From contig NIVC01001681.1 of NCBI GenBank assembly GCA_002269645.1, positions 1-64,000 of the forward strand: 64,000 nucleotides of DNA. Reading direction: 5' to 3'. A program made the position numbers and the translations under genes. Below are positions 11,143 through 23,643 of the stretch, piece after piece. The notes under the pieces are model-generated. The model was given only the letters and a program-made list of their open reading frames with translations. It was not told the origin of the DNA and searched no databases. Within the stretch, counting starts at the first letter, position 1. Every line of letters begins with the position of its first letter. The DNA is from Macrostomum lignano (taxonomy: Eukaryota).

Positions 11143-14100
11143 CGGCGAAGTCTCGCGCCCAGCCGTTCCGTTGTGGGCGGAGAGGCCGCCACACAAGTCT
11201 CCACAGGCGAGCGGCCATGCTATCGGGAGGCCGACTCTGAGAGCGAATCTGACGAGGTAAACAGACTGAAACTGCCCCTGTGCCGTCCCTACACTCTAGC
11301 TATCTAGAATTTCCCATACACTCTAGCTATCTAGAATTTCCCCTATACTGTAGCTATATAGAATTTCCCCTATTACTGTCGCCCCATAGATATAAAAAAT
11401 GAAAAGAATTGCATAGAAGTGAAATAGAAAAATCTTCTAATAAAGCCAATTAGACTATTAACTAGAAGAGTTCATTGAATTGGCCTACTTATAGTAGCAT
11501 TGTATTGTTTAATTATAATATTTGCTAAAAACCCCATCTTCTCTTGTCTATAACGTTCGACAAAAACGTTATCTTTGCATTGTGAGCTATTGGTCTGCGA
11601 GCCAGAGAACCGGGAAGTGGAACGAGATGCAATGCCAAGCTAAGATAATGGGAAAACCTAGTTATAGCGATTTTGTCCGCATCGATCTCATGGAATCCTA
11701 CTAATGGAGTAAGTAATACAGAGGTCTACGCAAGTGAGCAGAGAGAGCAGTGCTCCGGGAGGCTGGGATGAGAGAGAGAAATAAGAGAGTGAAAGCGAGT
11801 AAGAACGGTACTGGGCTGCTCCGCATGCGTCTCTGTCACGCGGCTGATAAGACTGCTCCAGTAATTAAGTCTGACTTGACTGGCTCCTTCGCTACGCGTT
11901 GACTTTCAACCTCTCGCCCGCTACCGCGTTCCGCCCCGGCGTTTTTTTAATCAGTTCTTGTCGAGAAATTGCGATCCTCCTCGTCTCTCTCTCTCCTTAC
12001 TCTGCAGAGTAAGTGAGACGTGTCGGCGCTGTGGATTTTTATTATTTCTTGAAAAAATTCAGTAGCGTTTATTAATAATTATAATTTATTCCTTATTCGC
12101 TTGGATTGGTGAGCTAGAGAGAAATCGAACGGATTGGATTAATTAACTGGGCGCTTTGGTCTCTTTGTGTTTGTCTTCAACTCAGGGCATCGGAGGTGGT
12201 ACAGTCACCGAATCAATTTTTCTGGCATAGCCAAGGTCAAGGAGATCTTGAACGAGAATTTTGATTATTAACTCTCTCTCTCTCTTCAAAGGAAGGAAGG
12301 AACATTTTTGGCATTGCTAGTGCATTTAGCGTGCTTACGGTGGAGAACACAGCACTGAATGAGGTTTTGCCATAGAGAAATTGAGTAAATAAAAATGCAC
12401 GACAATTTCCTTTACCGTCCTCCAGCTCATTTCCAAGAAAATCGAGTGTAGCGTTCCGATCCCCTCTACTTCAGCTGACCATGGCTCTCATTTAAAAGCT
12501 GAATAAACTGGCCGTGTTCACTAAAAAAACATGCCATTATGAATAATTGATCACTATATCATGAAATAGCAAGTCGGAATAATGAACCAGACTGCTATCG
12601 CTTTTATATAATGTCTGAAAAAGTGATGGTTTAAGAGTTTCTACTACAGACTCTTATCCAAGGTGTCCTTGGCCCTAGTTGCAGAGATGTGTTGCTCGGT
12701 GACGAATAAGCAGACTAGATGCAAGGATGCAAGACTAGATTATAGAATCGGGAATAATTTTTCTGTGCGACTATTCATCGATTTTTGCATTCTGTTTTCC
12801 CTCCTTGCCAGTAGGGACCTTTGATGTTAACGCTTTGTGGTCCTTTGGTATACAAGGTGTGGCCAGAAAGTAACGAGAATCAATCGTATTCGCAGGGCCT
12901 CATCCATCGCGAGTTATTTTGCCACAGGGACAGACTGTGAATTAGCAATTTTATCGTGAAGTTCCAAAAGGTTGATGCTGAGCATGCGGCGGGTTTGACA
13001 TGAACAGTGGGAGAACAAAGCCTGGCTGCTGCATCGCGACAACGCACCAGCGCACAAAGCACCTTCAGTGCAACAGTTTTTTTGACTGAAAAACGAGTCG
13101 CAAGCTGAGCCATACACCTTATTCGCCAGACACTGTCCCGTGCGATTTCTGGCTCTTCCCCAAGGTGAAGCAAGCTCTCAAAAGATCACGATTTGAAGAT
13201 CTGGAAAACATGAAGAGCAACATGAAAAGCGTCTTGCGAGGCATCTAAACGGAGGGCTTCCAGGAGTGCATCTGGAGCTGGCACCATTGAGAGCGGGGAA
13301 TACTTTTAGGGCTGCAGCTCACTTAAAATATTCATTTTTTGTGCACAACCAGATCATAGTAAAATTGTTTTTTTGTTGTTTTTTTCTGGCCACACTTTGT
13401 ATTGTTTTTGCCATCTCTATGAAATTACTAGCTAAGGTGCACTTCTTTCTACGGCAGCTCAACAAGACGCAAGACGCTCAACAAGAACTTGCATAAAACT
13501 GGCAGACTTTTTCGCCAATTTACTTTTTAAAAGGCATCTGGATATCGAAGCAAAAAACAATTATTGCCCTAGTAGCATTGACTTAAAAACAAAGCTATAA
13601 CTCAGATTGTCCTTTAAAAGACGAAAATTTGAATCTCATTTTAAATCTACGAGTATAATATACTCGTATACTCGTAATAAAGCTGACGCAAATATGACGG
13701 CACCGTGTATTTTTTGCATCTCAAAAACTACTATACCAATTGTAACTCTAACAATAAAGTTTAAAACGTTAACGTTTTGTTATTGTAGATTCTAGTGCAA
13801 GTTTACCTAACTTACTCGTATTTTGGTCTCATCCTTAAGGATATAAGTACATCAAGTAGGTAAATCAAGTTGTCGTCGTCAGGAAGGTTTCGGGCGTGAC
13901 ATGCTATCCTGTGTGAAGCAGCGCCAATGTATTAGACCTGAAACCGCATCGATTATTTGGATTTCACTTCAGTAAATTATCTCCTCCAACAGAGAAGCGC
14001 CGCTAATAAGATTAAAGCTGAAGCCGAAATCTTGAATAATCAGGGCTCCTACCTGTGGACCATAGACAAGAGTCTGGAGACTAAAAATAGACTAAATGTC

Positions 14101-17100
14101 TTCGCCAATGACAACTTAATCACTCAGGACGGTAAACTCGAAAATCATGGCGAAAAAAGTCTCGTCCTTAAGGAGTGATTAAGTTGTCCTTGGTCTCCGT
14201 GGCCGTGCTGTCTATAGAACTCTATAGCTTTGCGTTTGAGTCAAGCATTTCTATAAACAATGCTTCGCCTCGGCCAATCAACGCAGTCCTCAGTCTTGAC
14301 TATGGGCCAGATAAATCAGTCCATGGGGGTGATACCTTATACTTACTGGGTGAACACTTAAAATCTGGAATTTCCGAGTTTAGGCCATAGACAGCGGCTG
14401 CTAGCTGCTATGAAGCCAGAAACTTACTGAGATGCTCTCACACTCACTAGCTATCAGTTCTGCAGCAGCAAAACTAGCAGCTCAAACCCTAACGAGCCAT
14501 GCAGTCACTTAACGAAGAGCAGCGCAGACGCCTGGTCGTACAGTACAAAACTGAGCACCCCGGACAGAGCAACCATGCCATTGCTAAGTACTTCGCTGAG
14601 GTTGGGGTGGCACGCTCCACAGTCTACGCCATTCTGAATCGTTACGAAGAAGGCGGCGAAGAATCTGTGCTGCGCAGTGCTGGTTCAGGCTGCCACAGGA
14701 CGGAGCTCAAGGTCACGAACGCGGAAGTGAAGAACATCGTGAAGGACGCGCAACGAGGACTGTCGCAGCGGGAGATCGCGCGCAAGTTTGACATCAGCCA
14801 AGCTTATGTGGGGAAAATTCTTCAGGAAAATGGCCTGAAAGCTTATAAGAAGGAGAAAGTACCAGCGGTTACTGATCAGCAGCGAGAGAGACAGCAGGTG
14901 CGTGTTGGCAGACTGTACCGAACCATCTTGGACGGACGCGGAGGCGACTTGGATCTCGTCATCGATGATGAGTCGTACTTCCACATGTCCAGCCAAATGA
15001 TTCCTGGCAACAGCTTCTACTATGCCACTGCACGCGGCGACGCTCCTGTCGAGAAGCGCGTTTCACCTCAAAAGAAGTTCGGCGACAAGATCCTGGTGTG
15101 GCTGGCCATCAGCAGGCACGGGGCTTCGCGAGTGTACATGTGTCACTCCAAGACGATGAACAAGGAGCTGTACGCAAACGAGTGCATTCGCAAGCGGCTG
15201 GTGCCATTTCTCAATGAGCAGCACAGCGATGGAAATTACCTGTTCTGGCCAGATCTGGCCTCCTGCCATTACGCCAAGGACGTGATCGAGGTGTTCCAGC
15301 AGCTGGACATCAACTTTGTCTCGAAGGAGCAGAATCCTCCCTGCGTGCCTCACCTTCGTCCAATCGAGCACTTTTGGGGCATTTTGAAGCAGCAGGTGTA
15401 CCATCATAGTTGGCAGGCTCAGACACTTCAGCAGCTGAAGAACAGAATCAAGAAATGCCTGAGGGAGATGGACTGGTCCGTTGTACATCACATGATGGGA
15501 CAGGTCAAGTCGCAGATTCGCAGGGCGCGCGCTGATGGCTTTTAATCGGCTTATTGTTAACTCTATGATGATTCCTGTTTCTTGTTGAATACTTTCCTGT
15601 TAAAAAGTTTAGTTATCCTGTTTATAACGCCACGAAATATAAACATTTAGAGACGTCCAGATTTTAAGTGTTCACCCAGTATATCACGACTCCCTCTGTG
15701 AACTTTATAAAGTCCTTCATATCTCAAAGAGCACGTGTACTTATATTTAAGCTTAGATCGACTGCTCTGACAGTGATTAGAATTATCGCAGGCCTGGTCT
15801 AGCAGCTCCTATTTCTCTTCGCCTCTCTCCCCTCTCAATCTATCTGATGGTTTTAGGTCTTATTCAGGGTTCTCTTCCTGTTTGTGCCTTGTCATCCCGC
15901 AATCTGCAACTAATTTTTGCAACTATGGAAAGAGAGGGTAGAGACTATTGAATCCAACCAGCTTCTGTCTCATCTCTCCGTCTTCTCGACTATCTTTCAT
16001 CAGGCACGGGAGTTATAGATCCATATTTCAGAGTCCAAGACAGTAGTCGTTATATTTTACACGTATTACACAGTCGACATATAGTTTACACATATATGCA
16101 TTTACACACTTTATATTGCTAAGTATGTACGATATACAGGGTATACTGTACAAGATGCTAGTTATTAAATTCTGCACTTTTGTTTTCGATTGAAATGCAG
16201 TTGACAGGTTATCTGCAGTCCTGGGTGTCAAAACGTTGATTCGCTACATAGGAAGCTTCGTAACTGAGGAAGCTCCATAGTAGCTGAGGAAGCTCCATAG
16301 TAGCTGAGGAAGCTCCATCGTAACTGATGAAGCTCCATAGTAACCAAGGACGCTCCATCGTAGCCAAGGAATCTCCATATGCATAGTGTGTAACTGGAGA
16401 ACCTCTATAGTAGCTGAGGAAGATCTACAGCAGCTGTAGAAGATCTACAGTAGCTGGAGAAGATCTACAGTAGCTGGGTATAGCTTGAACGCTATCTATT
16501 TCACTCCATGCTGTAGATCTAGCAGTCCATTTCGTTAGTAGTCCTTGATTCGGCAAGTTGGTCACAGTCTCACCCTTGTCCAACCAGCGGCGCGCAGTTC
16601 TCACTTTAGCCTGCCTTTTTCTCTCAACCTCTTTGCGGGCTTGCATAAATGCATGAGTGTGGCTCCGGTGTCCAGTCCGCTATTCCGGGATTCTATCATA
16701 ACTATATTTTGGCTTCGCATCGTACTGCGGCTGGTTGAAGAATTTTTGACGCTAATTTTTATTGGCTCTGCCTCTTTGTTTCTTTCTCCCGGGCCTAATC
16801 CTGTCGCATCATATTTTCCCCTATTCCATAACAGGAGCCGTCGGGCAAGAGGTCTCGCAAAGCTGGCGCGGTTGCTAAGAAGAAAACTAGCGCAACAGCA
16901 GTTGACGGCCTTGAATACGCGTCGCCATTTCGTCGGCCACTGGTAGCCGCCCAGTCTCCGTCATTGTCTGGCGATTGTCTGCCCAAGAGTGAGCATGTAA
17001 GTTGCTATTCTGCTTGCCAGCCTGATTTTGAGCCTGCGTCAGTAGTATTAGTAGCAGGGGGGATGGTAGTAGTAGTAGCAGGGGGGATGGTAGTATTAGT

Positions 17101-20100
17101 AGCAGGGGGGATGGTAGTAGTAGTAGCAGGGGGGATGGTAGTAGTAGTAGCAGGGGGATGGTAGTAGTAGTAGCAGGGGGGATGGTAGTAGTAGTAGCAG
17201 GGGGGATGGTAGTAGTAGTAGCAGGGGGATGGTAGTAGTAGTAGCAATGTAGTAGTTGTAATAGTAACAGTAGTAGTAGTAGTAGTAATTGTAGTAGTAG
17301 TAGTAATATTAGTAGTAGTAGTAGTAGTAGTAATATTAGTAGTAGTAGTAGTAGTAGTAGTAGTGCTCACTGCGTATTTATGAAAATGTGAACGGCATCT
17401 AATGCACTTGTACGAGTACTTGCTTTCAAAGGCGAGTAATTCAATAGCATTCCATTAGCATTATTCTTCGACAGTATTGCTAAACTTGCAGTATTCCTAA
17501 TAACCACTGACATTTAAACAGAATAAATTACCAAAAATCATTTCAATAACTCAGACCATCTTTTGATGTCCTTCTTTAAGAGCTGAAAATTGAGAATATA
17601 AAATCCTCTCGCAATCAAATCAGATTGTATGGCATAGCTAAGCAGGATTCCAGTGCTGCTCGATTATATTTTTCACGCTTAATCGCATTATATTAGATGG
17701 ATGGCGCGAGGTTGCGTGCTATAAATACTGGCGGCTACTCGCTCCCGATGGGTCCTGCTGGTTAATCAGCTTCATTAACCGCTTGCCCGTCGCTTCAACT
17801 ATATTCAATGTTGACCGCGGCCTTAAGTAAAGCATAGATAGATTAATATATGCCACTATCTGCACACACACGCGCGCGCGAGATCAACTATGAAAGTGCC
17901 TTTAGTGCAGTCCTAACTAATTGCATGAACGACAGCTTTTTGCATATTTACAGTTAGTGCAGCTTCTACCGTATTGGCTCGTGGTAGAGTTTGGTTCGTT
18001 TGCATTTTAAACAGTTTAGGAAGCTCCATAGTAACTTAGGAAGCTCCATAGTAACTTAGAAAGCTCCATTGTAACTTAAAAAGCTCCATAGTAACTTAGG
18101 AAGCTCCATTGTAACTTAGAAAGCTCCATAGTAACTTAGGAAGCTCCATAGTAACTTAGGAAGCTCCATAGTAACTTAGAAAGCTTTATAGTAACTTAGA
18201 AAGCTCCATAGTAACTGAGGAAGCTCCATAGTAACTTAGAAAGCTCCATAGTAACCGAGGAAGCTCCATAGTAACTTAGAAAGCTCCATAGTAACTTAGA
18301 AAGCTCCATAGTAACGGAGGAAGCTCCATAGTAACTTAAAAAGCTCCATAGTAACTTAGAAAGCTCAAAAGTAACTTAGAAAGCTCCATAGTAAGTTAGA
18401 AAGCTCCATAGTAACTTAGAAAGCTCCATAGTAACTTAGAAAGCTCCATAGTAACGGAGGAAGCTCCATAGTAACTTAAAAAGCTCCATAGTAACTTAGA
18501 AAGCTCAAAAGTAACTTAGAAAGCTCCATAGTAAGTTAGAAAGCTCCATAGTAACTTAGAAAGCTCCATAGTAACTTAGAAAGCTCCATAGTAAGTTAGA
18601 AAGCTCCATAGTAACTTAGAAAGCTCCATAGTAAGTTAGAAAGCTCCATAGTAAGTTAGAAAGCTCCATAGTAACTTAGAAAGCTCCATAGTAAGTTAGA
18701 AAGCTCCATAGTAAGTTAGAAAGCTCCATAGTAAGTTAGAAAGCTCCATAGTAAGTTAGAAAGCTCCATAGTAAGTTAGAAAGCTCCATAGTAACTTAGA
18801 AAGCTCCATAGTAACTTAGAAAGCTCGATAGTAACTTAGAAAGCTCCATAGTAGCTAGGGAAGCTTCCAAGCAGTAATCATGCTTCGAAGTAGCTGTTAC
18901 ACTGAGAGGAAGCTTGGTGAAGAGAACTAATATAACGACTCACACATCTTAGAAGTGCGTCTGCATGTATGCCTCCCGTTAAAAACGAAACGTGACCAGA
19001 ATCGCTAGTGTGATTGCAAACAGCTCACTAGTGACTCTAGCGACTCTGAGGCGACTCTTGTGACTTTTTAACGACTCAAGCGACTGTAATCCAACGGATA
19101 GGTGACTGTTGAGTCACGAGCGCATCACGCGAGTTGTAGAATTGTAACACGAGTCTCGGAAAAAGTCGTCCAAGAGTCGCTGTGTTTGCGCTTGACTTTC
19201 TACTAACTCAAGTAGACTAAATAGAGTTGTTAAAAATGCGAAATGCGATTTTAATTCATTAAGTGACGCAGATGCGCTTTAGACGCAACTCGGGGATTGT
19301 ACAGCGACTCTGGCAGGCCTCAGATAGGACTCTACCGCCCTAGAGTCATTTCAGAGTCGCATTCAATAAAGCGTCTTAAATTGACTTAAATTGACTTTGG
19401 GGCAACTGGTTACCGCGAAATCTCGTTTTTAGAGTCGTTTATTAAGAGTCACTTATTTCCTTTTTTACCTGTAACGACGCAACTGACTCTTCTTGGCCTT
19501 GGTGCCGTTTTCATCAGGCCTTAAAGTGTCGGGCCGGCGGCCCACATCCTGTGCTACAGCATTAATCTGCCGCTATTCTTCCCACAGGAGGCGCTCATCA
19601 AATCGATCCTGTCGCGGCCATTCAAAGTGCCCATCCCGAACTATCAAGGCGGCTGCGGCCTCGGCCGGGCTCTGGGCATCCGGCGTCAGGCTGGTCGCGC
19701 TCCGCTGCACGATCCGCAGGCGGAAGGCGCCTTAGTTCTGTACTCGCCGCCGGAGTTAAGCGCGCACGAACAGCTGCGCGCCGATCCGGAGAAGGTGCCG
19801 GTGCACGTTGTTGTTGACCCGGTGCTAACCCGTGTGCTGCGACCGCACCAGCGCGAGGGAGTTAAATTTATGTACGATTGCGTCACCGGAGTGCAGATTC
19901 CCGGCTCATACGGCTGCATCATGGCCGACGAGATGGGCCTGGGCAAGACTCTGCAGTGCGTCACCCTGGTGTGGACGCTGCTCAAACAGAGTCCGGACTG
20001 TCGGCCCACAGTTGACAAAGCCGTGATCGTCTGTCCGAGCAGTCTGGTCCGCAATTGGGCCAATGAATTTGCCAAATGGCTCGGCCAGCGCGTCCGAACT

Positions 20101-23006
20101 CTGGCCGTTGACAACGGTGGCAAGGACGATATCGATCGGGATCTGGCAGCTTTCATGCAGTCGGTTGGTCGCCGGGTAGCTCACCCAGTTCTGATCATCT
20201 CCTACGAGACCTTCCGGCTGCACGCCGCCGTGCTGCACCGCGGCTCAGTCGGCTTAATTATCTGCGACGAAGGTCATCGGTTAAAGAATTCTGAGAATCT
20301 CACTTATCAGGTGCGTTTGATCTTAACTATGTCGGGAGTGCCAGTGTCGCTACGAGAGGGTGTCAAAGTCACTGTGCGGGTGTCAGGGTCACTAGAGATA
20401 TGTCAGGGGCACTAGAGATTAGTGTCAGGGGTACTAGAGATAATTGTCAGGGGCACTAGAGATAATTGTCAGGGGCACTAGAGATTAGTGTCAGGGGCAC
20501 TAGAGATAATTGTCAGGGGCACTAGAGATTAGTGTCAGGGGCACTAGAGATTAGTGTCAGGGGCACTAGAGATAATTGTCAGGGGCACTAGAGATTAGTG
20601 TCAGGGGCACTAGAGATAATTGTCAGGGGCACTAGAGATTAGTGTCAGGGGCACTAGAGATTAGTGTCAGGGGTACTAGAGATAATTGTCAGGGGCACTA
20701 GAGATAATTGTCAGGGGCACTAGAGATTAGTGTCAGGGGCACTAGAGATAATTGTCAGGGGCACTAGAGATTAGTGTCAGGGGCACTAGAGATAATTGTC
20801 AGGGGCACTAGAGATAATTGTCAGGGGCACTAGAGATAATTGTCAGGGGCACTAGAGATTAGTGTCAGGGGCACTAGAGATTAGTGTCAGGGGCACTAGA
20901 GATTAGTGTCAGGGGCACTAGAGATTAGTGTCAGGGGCACTAGAGATTAGTGTCAGGGGCACTAGAGATAATTGTCAGGGGCACTAGAGATAAGTGTCAG
21001 GGGCACTAGAGATAAGTGTCAGGGTCACTGAAGTGTTAATTGGGGTTCTGCTTGAAGTATGAATCCAAACTAATCTCTAATTTGCTTCATCTCTCGAATC
21101 TCGCAGGCGCTGGCCGCTATGCGCGTCGAACGTCGGATCCTGTTATCCGGCACTCCGATTCAGAACGACCTGTTGGAGTACTTCAGCCTGGTGCACTTCG
21201 TCAACCGTGGCATCCTTGGCACCGCGGCCGAATTTCGTCGCCACTACGAGGCGCCAATTTTGCGCGGCCGCGACGCCGGCGCCACCGACGCCGAGAAGGC
21301 GCGCGGAGAAGAACGACTCAAAGCTCTACTGGAAGTAGTTACTAAGTGCATTATTCGCCGGACTCAGGCTCTGTTGACTAAGTGAGTTTAATTGCACCGT
21401 TGCTTTTATTCGACTGAATTAGACTACTGTTTAGGGCGTCTGTTTAGCATTTTTCGTATAAACTTGCGCGGTTGGTTTACAAGTTTTTATTTTTATTTTT
21501 AACGATTGGAAATCGGAAGAAAGCTTTGCATTTTAAATTATTCGACTATTGTTCCCAGTGCTATGAATAACTTTGTCCAGCCTCTCTATCCGGCCCCCCT
21601 GTCCTTTTGAAACTTCACAATAGCAATCCGAGCCCGCTCAAGGTTTGTCTCGCTGCTCAGCTGTCTTTTCTAATGCCCTGTCCCAGTCTCCCTCCTCTCC
21701 TCTCCCTCCTCTCCTCTCCCTTTTCTCTCCCTCCTCTGGCTCGCCATCTGGCCATCTGGCCCTTGGGGCAAAAGTTTGCCTATCCCCCGACTGAGTGTTT
21801 ATTGATTTTATTTTTATTCACATTCGCGACTCTTTCCGGTATTACTTAGAACCGCCCTTTTCAAGGCCGCCATGTTTTTATTATTTTCATGCCTACTCTA
21901 CTATAAGTAGACGCCAGTGGACGCCTTTGGTCAATCGAGTTGTCCAAAGTCACTTCCTATTCTCAAATCGAAATCAATTTCTCAACTATTTCGCATTCGC
22001 ATCGCAACAAAACAGGTACCTGCCAGTGAAAACCGAGCTAGTCGTGAGCTGCCGCCTCACCCAGACCCAGGCCGACCTGTACACCGATTTCATTCGCCGG
22101 AAATCGGCCGACTGTCTTCAGTCGGGCAAGAGCGGCATCAGCGCCAGCGCACTGCAAGCGATTGGCACGCTGAAGAAGCTGTGCAATCATCCCAGTTTAG
22201 CTGACGAGTCTGTGCCGTTCAATCCGGAACTGTCTGGTAAATTTCGAGTACTCGACGTACTTTTAGCTACCATGAAAGCAACCACCTCGGACAAGGTGGT
22301 GCTGGTGTCCAACTACACCCAGACGCTGGACCTGTTCGAACGGCTGTGCCGGCACCGCGGCTATCTGTACGTTCGCCTCGACGGCAGCCTGTCAATCAAG
22401 AAGCGAGCCAAACTAGTCGCTCAGTTCAACAACCCAGCCTCGCCCGAGTTCGTTTTCATGCTCAGCTCCAAAGCTGGCGGCTGCGGCTTGAATCTTATCG
22501 GCGCCAATCGGCTGGTGATGTTCGACCCCGACTGGAACCCAGCCAACGATGACCAGGCCATGGCCAGGTCCTGGCGCGATGGCCAGGCCAAGGCCTGCTA
22601 TACCTATCGGTTTATCGCCACGGGCACTATTGAGGAGAAGATTTTGCAACGCCAGGCGCATAAGAAAGCGCTGAGCAGCTGCGTTGTTGACCAAGAGGAC
22701 GATGTTGAACGGCATTTCTCGATTGGCGAGCTGCGCGAGCTGTTCGGATTGAAGCAGGATACGCTGAGCGAGACGCATGACAAGTTCAAGTGCCGCCGCT
22801 GCGTTAATGGCATTCAGGTGAGCGTCTGTCTGCCTGTGTCTGTCTGTCTGTGTCTGTCTGTCTGTGTCTGTCTGTCTGTGTCTGTCTGTGTCTGTCTGTG
22901 TCTGTGTGTCTGTGTCTGTGTCTGTCTGTCTGTGTCTGTGTCTGTCTGTCTGTGTCTGTCTGTCTGTCTGCCTGTCTGTCTGTCTGTGTCTGTCTGTGTG
23001 TCTGCC

Positions 23007-23059
<53 letters not shown>

Positions 23060-23236
23060 TTCTGTATCTGTCTGTCTGTCTGTCTGTGTGTCTGTCTGTC
23101 TGTCTGTCTGTCTGTCTGCCTGTCTGTCTGTCTGTCTGTCTGTCTGTGTCTGTCTGTCTGTCTGTCTTTCTGTATCTGTCTGTCTATGTCTGTCTGCCTG
23201 TGTCTGTCTGTCTGTCTGTCTGTGTGTCTGTCTGCC

Positions 23237-23287
<51 letters not shown>

Positions 23288-23643
23288 TTTTCTGTCTGCA
23301 TGTCTGTCTGTCTGTCTGTCTGTCTGTTTTTCTGTCTGTCTGTCTGTCTGTCTGTCTCTTTCACCTTTATTTGACCCCTGTCGCGCAGGTGCGGCCGCCG
23401 CCGGACGGTGCGGACTGCAACTCAGACCTGAGCCAGTGGCACCACTGCGCGGACCGCAAGGCCGTGCCGGATCTGTGCCTGAAGGCCTGCTTCGACACCA
23501 AGTGCATCACGTTTGTCTACTGGCAGCTGAGCCATGAGGAGGCCGGCAAAGACTCCGCGCCAATTACTGACGCCGACAAACAGGTCAATGATGAAGAGCC
23601 GGCGGATGCTGAGGAAAAAAACGCCTGTCCAGATGATGAATAA
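11143..23643 (+). CDS. RAD54L: DNA repair and recombination protein RAD54-like (SNF2 helicase); join(11143..11256,16835..16996,19588..20310,21107..21381,22016..22817,23389..23643); no genomic in-frame ATG
   Basis: Exons join in frame through GT-AG introns (phases 0,0,0,2,0) for 776 codons plus stop. Recognised motifs: RRSLAPS N-terminus, [29 protein letters not shown], motif [14 protein letters not shown] box, [44 protein letters not shown], and the C-terminal Zn-binding CRRC..HC region. Confidence 0.95.
12853..13399 (+). mobile_element. Internally deleted, decayed mariner (DD34D-type) element in RAD54 intron 1
   Basis: TA-flanked imperfect TIRs CAAGGTGTGGCCAGAAAG / TTTCTGGCCACACTTTG. The + strand carries frameshifted transposase remnants [12 protein letters not shown] and [18 protein letters not shown]. 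Confidence 0.85.
14346..15679 (+). mobile_element. Full-length Tc1/mariner-superfamily DD37E transposon (1334 bp) in RAD54 intron 1
   Basis: Perfect 24-bp TIRs CTGGGTGAACACTTAAAATCTGGA at 14346-14369 and 15656-15679, with TA on both flanks and an intact transposase ORF inside. Confidence 0.95.
14499..15545 (+). CDS. DD37E transposase, 348 aa
   Basis: N-terminal HTH regions ([10 protein letters not shown]; [21 protein letters not shown]). Catalytic motifs [18 protein letters not shown] and [10 protein letters not shown], with 37 residues counted between the second D and the E. Confidence 0.93.
   Translation: MQSLNEEQRRRLVVQYKTEHPGQSNHAIAKYFAEVGVARSTVYAILNRYEEGGEESVLRSAGSGCHRTELKVTNAEVKNIVKDAQRGLSQREIARKFDISQAYVGKILQENGLKAYKKEKVPAVTDQQRERQQVRVGRLYRTILDGRGGDLDLVIDDESYFHMSSQMIPGNSFYYATARGDAPVEKRVSPQKKFGDKILVWLAISRHGASRVYMCHSKTMNKELYANECIRKRLVPFLNEQHSDGNYLFWPDLASCHYAKDVIEVFQQLDINFVSKEQNPPCVPHLRPIEHFWGILKQQVYHHSWQAQTLQQLKNRIKKCLREMDWSVVHHMMGQVKSQIRRARADGF
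16250..16480. repeat. 20-bp minisatellite GTAGCTGAGGAAGCTCCATA (same family as 18017-18870)
   Basis: Directly visible, about 10 degenerate copies. Confidence 0.85.
17040..17368. repeat. (GTA)n microsatellite with 24-bp AGTAGTAGTAGCAGGGGGGATGGT units, start of RAD54 intron 2
   Basis: Directly visible. The poly-Thr ORF 17005..17370 is its translation. Confidence 0.9.
18017..18870. repeat. 20-bp minisatellite GTAACTTAGAAAGCTCCATA, ~42 copies, RAD54 intron 2
   Basis: Directly visible. Confidence 0.95.
19030..19490. mobile_element. Degenerate foldback/MITE-like segment built of GCGACTC and GAGTCGC motifs in alternating orientation
   Basis: GACTC clusters (19030-19085, 19300-19335) are followed by GAGTC clusters (19110-19180, 19340-19450). 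No TSD identified. Confidence 0.4.
20380..21030. repeat. 22-bp minisatellite GTCAGGGGCACTAGAGAT(AATT/TAGT), ~28 copies, RAD54 intron 3
   Basis: Directly visible, with two alternating variants. Confidence 0.95.
22823..23357. repeat. (TCTG)n/(TG) microsatellite filling RAD54 intron 5
   Basis: Starts about 5 nt after the GTGAG donor and ends about 30 nt before the acceptor. Confidence 0.95.

Noticed and set aside
13957-14390. Two short abutting ORFs upstream of the DD37E element, resembling a small operon
   Set aside because: Non-ATG starts, no recognisable domains, and the second runs into the TIR. This is intronic sequence of unknown origin.
21795-23537. 580-aa ORF fusing the RAD54 helicase C-terminal domain to a (SVCL)n tail
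   Set aside because: Read-through of exon 22016-22817 into the (TCTG)n intron. The correct C-terminus is in exon 23389-23643.
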